A stretch of 58,918 nucleotides of DNA from assembly GCA_002868955.1 (NCBI GenBank), contig PKTW01000020.1:1-58918 (forward strand), written 5' to 3'. This DNA comes from Desulfobulbaceae bacterium. GTDB taxonomy: Bacteria > Desulfobacterota > Desulfobulbia > Desulfobulbales > BM004. This document shows positions 20,192-28,894 of this stretch, piece by piece. How positions within the stretch are numbered: position 1 is the stretch's first letter; every line of letters starts with the position of its first letter. Both the position numbers and the translations under genes were made by a program. The notes beneath the pieces are model-generated. The model was not told where the DNA came from. It worked only from the letters and a program-made list of their open reading frames with translations, and made no database searches.

Positions 20192-21856
20192 TCAGGGCAG
20201 AGGCAGGCAAACTTCGGTAGTGGTTCCCTGATTTTTCATGCTGGTAATAGTGATACTGCCCTGATGAGCCTTGACAATCTGATGTACTATGGAAAGACCG
20301 AGTCCTGTGCCATTTTCTCTCGTAGTAAAGAAGGGTTCATAGATCTTATTGATGATGAGAGCAGGTATGCCTCGGCCAGTATCGGCTATGGTAATAACAG
20401 TTTTTTCAGCTCCAGTATCATCCTCTATCTCTCTGGCACTGATATGAATTTCGCCCTCCATATTTCTTAAAGCTATGCAGCTGTTGTGCAGGAGGTTAAG
20501 GAGCACCTTGTGGATCTGCTGCGGATCAGCCCAACAGGCCATTTTTTCTGGTATATCAACTACGGAGCTGCATTTTTGAGGCCAGTCTAGCGTATGCTGC
20601 AGGACCTGAATCATTTCCTGAACCAGCGGCAGCAGCGGAATAAATTCTTTTTCAGGTTCCATGGGTTTTGAAAAAGAAAGAAAGTCACTGATTGTGCTCT
20701 GCAATCTGATGCATTCTCTGGTAATTATGTTCATCAAGCCCTGGTTACGGGGATTGATATCTCCGCTTGCATCAAGCAATTCGGCCGCGCCGGAGATTGC
20801 CGCAAGAGGATTGCGCAATTCATGGGCGATGCCGGCTGACATTTCTCCAATGGTTGCCATTTTTTCAGCCTGCAGGATCTGCTTCTCCATCTGCTTGGTT
20901 TCACTGAGGTCCTGGAGGGTGATGACATCGTATTTGTCTTCTGTGCCAGGCATGTTCAGTTTAGCAAATGAATAGCCGATGGGGATGATGTTCTTGTCTT
21001 TTCTTGTAATTTCAACTTCCGAGCGGAAATTCATGCCGGTATCAAGATTGAGACCTGGAAACGTTTTGGTTATATCCTGGCCGATAATCTCATCTGCGTT
21101 AAAACCGGTAATATTCTCAGCAGCAGGGTTAATTGAAATGATATTTTTCTGGTTGATGACCGTAATAATACCGGAAGGAATATCCTCGAAAATCTTTTTG
21201 TACAGTACTGCCAGCTGGTCATACTTCAGTGTTGTTGTAATGAGCGCTTTTTCAGTACGGCGTAATTTTTCCGAAAGCAGGGCGCTTAATATGGCGGCAA
21301 TGAAGAAGGTCAGGCCGTGGATAGAAAATAAATTCAAAACGGAGCGCAAGTCTTTAACAGGCCTGTACCAGAAATCTTCAAAAAAAACGGGATGATATCC
21401 ATTATATTCAAGAGCCAGGATAATCCCGTAGGCGATAGTGCTGGCTGCAGCCGGTGTCAGGCCGCCTCTGCGGAAGAGAATATAACTTCCCGCGATGATG
21501 GGGAAAAAATAGAGGATGGTGAAGATGGACTGACTGCCGCCGCTGTAATAGATAAGTATGCTTATGAGAAGAACGTCTATAAGTATCTGGGCATAAGCAA
21601 AAGTGGAGTAACGCCTGATGAATTTCAGAACCAGCGCCGAACAGATGGTGTAGATGTAAACACCTGCAATGAAAGCAACCACATAATAAAAGGAAGGGAC
21701 AATAATGTGCTTTTCAGCGGACTGCAGCATAAAGTTTATGCCCAGGAGCAGCGTTAAAAAAACAACACGCACAAAAAGCATCCAATGCAACTGTTTTTTA
21801 AACAACTCAGCCGCAGCATCATTTTCAAACGGTTTGGCAATGAATGAATTGAGCAC
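20192..21856 (-). CDS. Membrane sensor histidine kinase (polytopic N-terminus + PAS + HisKA + HATPase)
   Basis: About six hydrophobic helices in the first ~200 aa, a PAS-like region, the H-box SAGIAHELRNPL, and N/G boxes LLNLLHNS, DTGRGI, GTGLGLSIV. Confidence 0.9.
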   Translation of the reverse strand: MLNSFIAKPFENDAAAELFKKQLHWMLFVRVVFLTLLLGINFMLQSAEKHIIVPSFYYVVAFIAGVYIYTICSALVLKFIRRYSTFAYAQILIDVLLISILIYYSGGSQSIFTILYFFPIIAGSYILFRRGGLTPAAASTIAYGIILALEYNGYHPVFFEDFWYRPVKDLRSVLNLFSIHGLTFFIAAILSALLSEKLRRTEKALITTTLKYDQLAVLYKKIFEDIPSGIITVINQKNIISINPAAENITGFNADEIIGQDITKTFPGLNLDTGMNFRSEVEITRKDKNIIPIGYSFAKLNMPGTEDKYDVITLQDLSETKQMEKQILQAEKMATIGEMSAGIAHELRNPLAAISGAAELLDASGDINPRNQGLMNIITRECIRLQSTISDFLSFSKPMEPEKEFIPLLPLVQEMIQVLQHTLDWPQKCSSVVDIPEKMACWADPQQIHKVLLNLLHNSCIALRNMEGEIHISAREIEDDTGAEKTVITIADTGRGIPALIINKIYEPFFTTRENGTGLGLSIVHQIVKAHQGSITITSMKNQGTTTEVCLPLP

Positions 21857-21884
21857 TGGGGGAGAACCTCAAAGATGGAAAATT

Positions 21885-23264
21885 TTATTTGATACCATAC
21901 TTTTGAACCTTATAGCGCAATGACCGGAAACTGATTTTTAAGAGTCCTGCGGCTTGTATCTTCGAATTATCCGTTTTGGCAAGTGCATGTTCAATCATCT
22001 CTTTTTCAAGAGTTGCCATTACTTCATCCAGGCCCTTGTTATATAATTCATCTTCTGATTCAACGGAGATGAAAGCCCTGGCGTTTTTTTCAACAGGTTT
22101 ACCGTCTTTTTTATAGCTGGAAAGGGTAAGACTTTCTGGCAGAATAATATTTGATGACTCCAGGGCAACACCTCGCTCAATAATATTTTCAAGCTCGCGG
22201 ACGTTGCCGGGATAATCATAACCCATGAGCACTTGCATGGCATATGAGGAGATCTCCTGAACGGTTTTCTCCATTTTGTCAGAATATTTTTTCAGGAAGT
22301 GATCGACCAGCAGGGGGACATCACCTTTTCTTTCGCGCAAGGAAGGGACCCTGAGAGGCACAACCGCCAGGCGGTAGAAAAGATCCTCACGGAAACGGCC
22401 AGCAATTATTTCCTCTTCCAGGTTCTTATTGGTTGCGGCAATAATCCTGACATTTACTTTAATAGTGTCAGTGTCACCGACACGTTTTAATTCACGTTCC
22501 TGCAGAACCCGTAAAAGTTTGGTCTGGATCAGAGGGGTAAGTTCGCCTATCTCATCAAGAAAGACACTGCCGCCGTCGGCCATTTCAAACAGTCCGATTT
22601 TGTTAGAGATGGCACCTGTGAAGGCACCTTTGACATGGCCGAAAAGTTCACTTTCGAGGAGGCTTTCCGGGATGGCACTGCAGGTTATGGGTACAAAAGG
22701 CTTATGGCGGACCTTGCTCAGGTTATGGATGGCCTGGGCAACCAGTTCTTTTCCCGTCCCGGATTCTCCATAAATAAGTATACTTGCAGGGGTTGGGGCA
22801 ATACGGGAGATAAGGTTATATATTTTCAGCATCTCGGGGCTTTTGCCAATGATGCCTTCAAAGGAACCGGTTAAGGCTGGGGCTTCACCTGTTTTGTTTG
22901 AAACAGTAGCTGCAATAGCCGATTTGATTATTTTGACAATCTCATCAACCTTGAAAGGCTTGGTTATATAATCAAAGGCGCCACTTTTCATGGCAACCAC
23001 AGCGTTTTCCGGTGAAGCATATGCGGTTATCATGATTACGGGAATAGAGTTGTTGATCTCCTTGATTTTTTCGAGCAGAGACAGGCCACCCATGCCAGGC
23101 ATTCTGATATCGGAGAGGACAAGGTCAAAGTCCTCGTTCTGCATGAGATCAAGAACGCTGGATGCATCGGAAGCAGTGGTAACTCTATGGCCCTCTTTTT
23201 CAAGGAGGATCTTCAGAAACTCCCGCATGCTGAGTTCGTCATCAACCACGAGGATGGACGGCAT
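21885..23264 (-). CDS. Sigma54-dependent response regulator (NtrC/PilR-like)
   Basis: REC domain (VVDDELSMREF...LSDIRMPG), an AAA+ domain with GESGTGKE and GAFTGA, and a C-terminal Fis-type HTH. Confidence 0.92.
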   Translation of the reverse strand: MPSILVVDDELSMREFLKILLEKEGHRVTTASDASSVLDLMQNEDFDLVLSDIRMPGMGGLSLLEKIKEINNSIPVIMITAYASPENAVVAMKSGAFDYITKPFKVDEIVKIIKSAIAATVSNKTGEAPALTGSFEGIIGKSPEMLKIYNLISRIAPTPASILIYGESGTGKELVAQAIHNLSKVRHKPFVPITCSAIPESLLESELFGHVKGAFTGAISNKIGLFEMADGGSVFLDEIGELTPLIQTKLLRVLQERELKRVGDTDTIKVNVRIIAATNKNLEEEIIAGRFREDLFYRLAVVPLRVPSLRERKGDVPLLVDHFLKKYSDKMEKTVQEISSYAMQVLMGYDYPGNVRELENIIERGVALESSNIILPESLTLSSYKKDGKPVEKNARAFISVESEDELYNKGLDEVMATLEKEMIEHALAKTDNSKIQAAGLLKISFRSLRYKVQKYGIK

Positions 23265-23655
23265 TTTTATCTCCTAGATAGTTCTATCAATCCTGCTGAT
23301 AACAAAAATAGTGATTAAAGTCTTCATTATTAGGATGTTAGTCGGGCATCAACCGCACTGAATGGTTACAATATGACTCCTGTATTGTCAACGCACAATA
23401 ATAACTTGCGCAAGTCATATGAGTTACTTATAAGTAATATAAATAATTGAAAAGGGCTTCTAAATCTGCATGCACGGGCCCAATTCGTTTTATATTATTG
23501 GTAATGACAGTAGTGACTGCAGATAAGGAAGTGTACGTTTTAATGGGACATAAAGCGGGTTATCAATATTAATATATTGGCGTGCCGGCCTCTTATCTAT
23601 AAAAACATTAATATATTCATTTTGCTGTTCGTTTAAAAGAAAAAGGTGATGCAGG

Positions 23656-23898
23656 ATGTGTGTCGCAATACCATCGAAGATTATCAGCAAAGAAGGTTTA
23701 TTGGCGACCATTGAGGTATATGGTGCCAGGCGCCAGGTCAATCTCATGCTGCTCCCTGAAGAGGCAGAAATAGGCGATTATGTACTTGTGCATGCCGGTT
23801 TTGCTATTCAGAAGGTTGATGTTGAGGCTGGAAAGGAGTCATTAAAGCTTTTTGACGAAGTTTTGCGGACAATGGGAGTGGATCCTGAAAATGCATGA
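23656..23898 (+). CDS. hypC: [NiFe]-hydrogenase maturation chaperone HypC/HupF family
   Basis: 80 aa starting MCVAIPSKI, with the essential Cys2 and an OB-fold-sized body. Confidence 0.9.
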   Translation: MCVAIPSKIISKEGLLATIEVYGARRQVNLMLLPEEAEIGDYVLVHAGFAIQKVDVEAGKESLKLFDEVLRTMGVDPENA

Positions 23899-24235
23899 GG
23901 CATCTATTGTCATGAGTTTGCTTGAGACGGTTTCCGACCTTTGTCAGCAGGAAGGCTATAACTCCATAGAATCGGTGCGGCTTAAAGTGGGAAAGGTGGC
24001 AGGAATACTTCCTGAAGCGCTTCTCTTTGCGTTTGATGCGGCAAAGTCAGATACTATTGCCAATAAAGCGGAATTGATCATTGAATATGTTGCCCTCGGT
24101 GGTTTTTGTTGTGACTGCGGTTCGCAGTTTGACTCTGAAGAACGATACATATATGCCTGTCCTGCCTGCAAATCCAGCGCGATAAAAATTACCAGAGGAG
24201 ACGAGTTGCAGATAATTGACATGGAAGTAAACTGA
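23891..24235 (+). CDS. hypA: Hydrogenase nickel-insertion protein HypA
   Basis: Starts MHEASIVMSLLE, the HypA N-terminal MHE nickel site. C-terminal zinc site CCDCG...CPAC. The start overlaps the hypC stop (ATGCATGA). Confidence 0.88.
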   Translation: MHEASIVMSLLETVSDLCQQEGYNSIESVRLKVGKVAGILPEALLFAFDAAKSDTIANKAELIIEYVALGGFCCDCGSQFDSEERYIYACPACKSSAIKITRGDELQIIDMEVN

Positions 24236-24305
24236 ATAACTAGCGCAGGTTCCAATCAAAAAATAAATTTGTATATTCCGCCCAACATAATCCCGGTGAA
24301 ATCCA

Positions 24306-25163
24306 ATGATACGATTGTCAAATAGTGGGGTCATAATACCTTTTCTAATGCTTTTGGCTTTTATGCCAGTTGCTACAGCCCAGGCAAAAGTCGACTGGGA
24401 AGTTTCCAGTGCTGTCCAGCTTGATGAAACACCCATAGATATTGCCCAAACACAAGGCGGTGATCTAACATTTCTTCTCACCGACGAGGCGAAAGTAGTC
24501 ATCTATTCAGCTGCCGGTAAAATTGTCGGCACGATACCGGTCGACCCCTCTGTGACTGACATTGCCGTTTCTGCAAAAGGTGAGCAGCTCTATCTTATAA
24601 ACAGTAAGCGCAAGACACTGCAAACGGTTGATATAAATTTCATCGTTGAAATAAATGCTGGGGATTCACCCTTTCTTGGGCCTGCCGGAGCCAAGGTTGT
24701 GCTTGCTGTTTTCAGTGATTTCCAATGACCTTACTGCGGCAAGATGATGCCGCTATTCGAGCAGGTGCTCGACAAATACCCTGACAGTGTAAAAGTGGTT
24801 TTCAAGCATTATCCGTTATCTTTTCACGAGCAGGCGCTTCCGGCGGCTCTTGCCTCCATGGCAGCTGCGGAGCAGGGCAAGTTCTGGGAGTATCATGACG
24901 AACTTTTTATCAACCAGAAAAGTCTGGACCAGAAAAAATATCTGGAAATCGCCGAAAATCTGGGCTTGGATCTCAAGAAATTTTCTCTTGATATGATGAG
25001 GCCCTCGTTGCGCCAGAAAATTGAACAGGATGTTGCTGAGGCCAAAAAAGCAGGCGTCACTGGAACCCCTACCATTTTTGTTAATGGCAGGAAAGTGAAG
25101 AACCGTGGTATTGCAGCCATAAGCAAACTCATTGATGAAGAACTTGCTGACGGAAACAATTAA
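24306..25163 (+). CDS. Secreted DsbA/BdbD-like thiol:disulfide oxidoreductase with in-frame TGA (24726-24728), probably read as selenocysteine
   Basis: Track ORFs 24306-24728 and 24744-25163 are in the same frame. Reading through the TGA gives ...VVLAVFSDFQ-U-PYCGKMMPLFEQ..., so the TGA sits at the first Cys of the FxDFxCPxC redox motif. The protein has the signal peptide MIRLSNSGVIIPFLMLLAFMPVATAQA, and a hairpin lies just downstream of the TGA. Confidence 0.7.
24736..24753 (+). promoter_or_regulatory. Candidate bacterial SECIS hairpin
   Basis: Perfect stem GCGGCA/TGCCGC with loop AGAUGA, beginning 7 nt after the UGA. The loop apex is 16-21 nt from the UGA, and G is the second loop base. 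A second hairpin, CGAGCA-GG-TGCTCG, lies at 24758-24771. Confidence 0.55.
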
Positions 25164-25190
25164 CAATCAAGAAGGGCTAATAGCCGGCAT

Positions 25191-26192
25191 ATGTCTAAAA
25201 AAAAGCTTACTTTCGAAGATAATAATTTAACAAGGCTGTTATATGGCGATCTGAATAAAAATTTGAGCACTATCGAAAGAACAGTTGGCGTTTCTGTAAA
25301 AACAAGGGGAAATGAACTGACACTTGAGGGTTTGCAGCATGAAGTTGAACTGGCGGCAATCGCACTGGAGCAATTATACGAGCTGCTGAAGGCCGGTTAC
25401 CCTGTATATCCTACAGATGTGGCTTACGGGCTGCGTATTCTTGAGCGCTCGTCAAAGGCCAACCTGAAAGAAATATTCCTTGACCGGGTTTATATTACTG
25501 CAAACCAGAGGGTGGTTTCCCCGAAAAGCGTCAACCAGAAAAAATATATTGATTCGATAAGGAATAATGACATTGTTTTTGGTATAGGTCCGGCCGGTAC
25601 CGGCAAGACCTATTTGGCCGTGGCAATGGCCATCTCAGCATTAACCGGCAGCCAGGTTAAAAATATTATACTGACACGGCCAGCTGTTGAAGCGGGAGAG
25701 AAACTTGGTTTTCTTCCCGGGGACATGGCCCAGAAAGTTGATCCTTATCTGCGCCCTCTGTACGATGCCTTAAATGATATGCTGGGAAGGGAGAAAGTCG
25801 TTGAATATATTGAGCGGGGAATAGTAGAGATAGCACCCCTTGCCTTTATGCGCGGACGCACATTGAACAGCGCTTTTGTAATTCTTGATGAAGCCCAGAA
25901 TACCTCCCATGAACAGATGAAAATGTTCCTCACCAGACTCGGGTTTGATTCCAAAGCTGTTATTACCGGGGATATAACCCAGATAGACCTGCCGGCAGGA
26001 AAACAGTCAGGACTTATTGAGGCGTCCCGCATTCTGAAAAGCATTAAAGGCATAGGATTCTGCACGTTTACCGATGTGGATGTTGTCCGTCATCCGCTGG
26101 TGCAGCAGGTTATCCGGGCTTATGCCAAGAAAGAAATGAAGCAGGGTGATAAACAAAGCAGGACAAGAAAGTTAAAGTCAGCCAAGAAATAG
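25191..26192 (+). CDS. phoH: PhoH-family ATPase (YbeZ-like)
   Basis: P-loop GPAGTGKTYLAV and a PhoH C-terminal core. It lies upstream of ybeY, as in the conserved ybeZ-ybeY arrangement. Confidence 0.92.
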   Translation: MSKKKLTFEDNNLTRLLYGDLNKNLSTIERTVGVSVKTRGNELTLEGLQHEVELAAIALEQLYELLKAGYPVYPTDVAYGLRILERSSKANLKEIFLDRVYITANQRVVSPKSVNQKKYIDSIRNNDIVFGIGPAGTGKTYLAVAMAISALTGSQVKNIILTRPAVEAGEKLGFLPGDMAQKVDPYLRPLYDALNDMLGREKVVEYIERGIVEIAPLAFMRGRTLNSAFVILDEAQNTSHEQMKMFLTRLGFDSKAVITGDITQIDLPAGKQSGLIEASRILKSIKGIGFCTFTDVDVVRHPLVQQVIRAYAKKEMKQGDKQSRTRKLKSAKK

Positions 26193-26254
26193 TCTATTCA
26201 TACGCTGAAGGTGCATGACAACTCCTGATAATCGCATAATTTCCTAGACATCCC

Positions 26255-27424
26255 ATGCCTGTTCTTTTTAGAAATGAGTTCTGGAGCCAACTACCCCGGG
26301 TCAACGAAGCGCTGGTGCGGCGGACAGCGGAGCGTCTCCTGGTATTGACGGGGATGCCCGATGCAGAATTGAGTCTCCTCCTGGCAGATGATAAACAGAT
26401 TGCCGAGTTAAACAGTTCCTGGCGCAGGAAAAACGGTCCAACCAATGTCTTGGCTTTTTCATTGACAGAGGGGACCGATTCTGCAATGGCCCTGAATATG
26501 CTTGGTGATATCGTCATTTCAGTGGAGATTGCTGCCCGGGAAGCAGAAAAAGCGGGACTTTCCCTGCATTCGCACTTGCAGGAACTGCTTGTACATGGAT
26601 TTCTGCATCTTATAGGGTATGATCATGAAAAGTCAGGTTCTGAGGCAGTAAGAATGCATAACAAAGAAAGAGAACTTTTGCAGGAACTTACGAAAAAGAG
26701 GAGAGAGAAAATGATAAAACTCGCGGTAAATGTCGATCATGTTGCAACGTTACGTGAGGCTCGCGGCACCAGCGAGCCCGATCCCGTTCTTGCCGCAGGC
26801 ATCTGCGAACTTGCGGGAGCTGAAGGCATTGTCGTCCATTTACGTGAGGATAGAAGACATATCCAGGACCGGGATGTCAGGTTGCTGCGCCAGACGGTTA
26901 AAACGAAACTCAATCTGGAAATGGGGGCAACGGAGGAGATTATCAAGTTCGCCCTGGACATACAGCCGGATATGGTGACCCTTGTGCCTGAAAAAAGAAA
27001 GGAGTTAACCACGGAAGGCGGGTTAAATGTAGCCGGCCAGAAAAAGAAGCTCAAAATGGTAATCGACCGGATGAATGATGCTGGAATTCCGGTGAGTTTA
27101 TTTGTTGACCCGGACTCTCGCCAGATTGGGGCGGCGAAGGACGCCGGAGCCACTTTTGTGGAAATCCATACCGGCAGATACTCTGATGCTGCAGGTGAAG
27201 AAGAAAGAGATCAGGAGTTTGAATTGATAGCATCTGCTGCTGAAGAGGCCTATGAAGCAGGACTGAGGGTGAATGCCGGACATGGACTTAACTATTTTAA
27301 TACTGGCAGGATTGCCGCGCTTGATACCATCGAAGAACTCAGCATAGGGCATGCCATAATGGCGCGCGCCATTATGGTTGGACTGGACCAGGCTGTGCGT
27401 GAGATGCTGGGCCTTATGATTTGA
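26255..27424 (+). CDS. In-frame fusion of rRNA maturation RNase YbeY (residues 1-152) and pyridoxine 5'-phosphate synthase PdxJ (153-389)
   Basis: The YbeY metal motif [12 protein letters not shown] is followed ~35 aa later, with no stop, by [19 protein letters not shown]...[10 protein letters not shown]...NLEM...EIHTG...NAGHGL (PdxJ). The internal ATG at 26711 is preceded by GAGGAGAG. Confidence 0.85.
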   Translation: MPVLFRNEFWSQLPRVNEALVRRTAERLLVLTGMPDAELSLLLADDKQIAELNSSWRRKNGPTNVLAFSLTEGTDSAMALNMLGDIVISVEIAAREAEKAGLSLHSHLQELLVHGFLHLIGYDHEKSGSEAVRMHNKERELLQELTKKRREKMIKLAVNVDHVATLREARGTSEPDPVLAAGICELAGAEGIVVHLREDRRHIQDRDVRLLRQTVKTKLNLEMGATEEIIKFALDIQPDMVTLVPEKRKELTTEGGLNVAGQKKKLKMVIDRMNDAGIPVSLFVDPDSRQIGAAKDAGATFVEIHTGRYSDAAGEEERDQEFELIASAAEEAYEAGLRVNAGHGLNYFNTGRIAALDTIEELSIGHAIMARAIMVGLDQAVREMLGLMI

Positions 27425-27451
27425 TTTTAGAGCTGAAGGCCCAACAATCAT

Positions 27452-28894
27452 TTACTGTTGAACAAGGGTGATGATGAAGGTCGCGCCCTTTCCTATCTTA
27501 CTTTCAACCGCAATAGAACCGCTATGCTCTTCGATAATATTTTTGGCGATTGCAAGCCCTAGCCCGGTGCCTCGGTTCTTGTCCGTAAAAAAGGGAGTAA
27601 ATACCATTGCCAGTTTTTCCTTTGAGATACCGACTCCGGTGTCCTTTATCATGATGACAATCATTTCCTTTTCTTCTGCCGACAAAGAGGTACTTATTGA
27701 GAGTGTGCCGCCATCGGGCATGGCTTGTATTGCATTGATGAAGAGATTGAGAAAAACCCTGTAGAGTAAATTCTGATCCATATTCATCGGTTTAAGGTCA
27801 GAATTCAAATCATTCTGAACTGTTATCCGGTTCTTGGCAAATTCAGGCTTCATGAATTCTTCTACCTTGATTATCAAGTCATTAATGAGTCCTTTGGTAA
27901 ATTGGGGCACCTGAGGCCTGGCAAAATCTAAAAACTCCCGGACAATACCATCCAGTCTGCTCGTCTCCGTTATTATGATTTCAGAAAGATGTTTGCTCGC
28001 CGGAGCCTGATCCTTCAATCTTTTATTGAGGATTTCAGCAGTGCTGAGGATGATGCCCAGAGGATTTTTTATTTCATGGGAAACAGAGGCTACCATTTCA
28101 CCAAGGCTTGCCAGGCGTTCAGAATGAAGGAGTTTATTCTCTAAACGGCGACGTTCCTCGTTTCGCGCTTCATTAATCTGGTCCGCTTTGGTCACAATTC
28201 GCGTCAGGATGAAGAAAAGGGTTCCCATAATCAGAATGGAGACAACAATAATAGTAAGCTGAAGCCGGAGTATGGCCTCCATGTCATCTGAAAGGTCCTG
28301 TACGACTTTGGTCACTCCCATAATATCATCAGTTCTTTCACTGAGAGGATTTTCCCGGCGAAAGGGGATATAGGTCATAAGTTTTGAAGATATCGGTTCC
28401 GATCCGGGCAGCAGGCTCAAAAGAGAGGCAGTAGACATGAGGCGGGAACTGTGAATCCCATTGAGCGCTCTTTCGTATTCCTTGCCACCTGTATTACGAA
28501 CTCCTACCTCTTCAGCAATAGTACTGTAGGAGATTATATTTTCCGTGGAGTCGAAAATGGTTACCGAGTCAACCTTTAGGCCTTCGGTTGTATTACGGAC
28601 AACCGTGTCAAGTCTTTTAAATTGTGTCGGATTCCGGAGAGCGATTTCGCCGTAACGCAGAGCTGTAGGTAAAACAAACTGCAAAAAAACCTGCCTGTTA
28701 ACATGCTCAGCAAGAAGGAGCGAGTAAGACTCGCTGCGTGCGAGCATGACCTTTTTGGCATAGTTGGATATAACCCACGAGAGGACCATGGTGGTGACAA
28801 GCACAAGTCCAAGGCCGGTGAAAGAGAAAAACTTTACCAGCCGGAAAGGTCTTAGAGAGTCAATTTTAGATTGTTGAGAACCGGATGTTATCAT
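27452..28894 (-). CDS. Sensor histidine kinase (2 TM, periplasmic sensor domain, HisKA + HATPase)
   Basis: H-box ASVSHEIKNPL and N/G boxes FLNLFINAIQA, DTGVGI, GTGLGLAIAK. TM helices lie near residues 25-45 and 210-235. Confidence 0.9.
   Translation of the reverse strand: MITSGSQQSKIDSLRPFRLVKFFSFTGLGLVLVTTMVLSWVISNYAKKVMLARSESYSLLLAEHVNRQVFLQFVLPTALRYGEIALRNPTQFKRLDTVVRNTTEGLKVDSVTIFDSTENIISYSTIAEEVGVRNTGGKEYERALNGIHSSRLMSTASLLSLLPGSEPISSKLMTYIPFRRENPLSERTDDIMGVTKVVQDLSDDMEAILRLQLTIIVVSILIMGTLFFILTRIVTKADQINEARNEERRRLENKLLHSERLASLGEMVASVSHEIKNPLGIILSTAEILNKRLKDQAPASKHLSEIIITETSRLDGIVREFLDFARPQVPQFTKGLINDLIIKVEEFMKPEFAKNRITVQNDLNSDLKPMNMDQNLLYRVFLNLFINAIQAMPDGGTLSISTSLSAEEKEMIVIMIKDTGVGISKEKLAMVFTPFFTDKNRGTGLGLAIAKNIIEEHSGSIAVESKIGKGATFIITLVQQ

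Noticed and set aside
23852-23890. The longer HypA start (MTKFCGQWEWILK...) given by the ORF track.
   Set aside because: HypA proteins start with the MHE nickel-binding N-terminus. ATG 23891 gives exactly that and forms a classic ATGCATGA overlap with the hypC stop.
24744-25163. The downstream half of the DsbA-like gene as an independent 139-aa gene starting MMPLFEQ.
   Set aside because: It would lack beta1 and the CxxC centre of the thioredoxin fold. It is in frame with the upstream ORF across a single TGA that aligns with the catalytic Cys, so I merged the two as a Sec-recoded gene.
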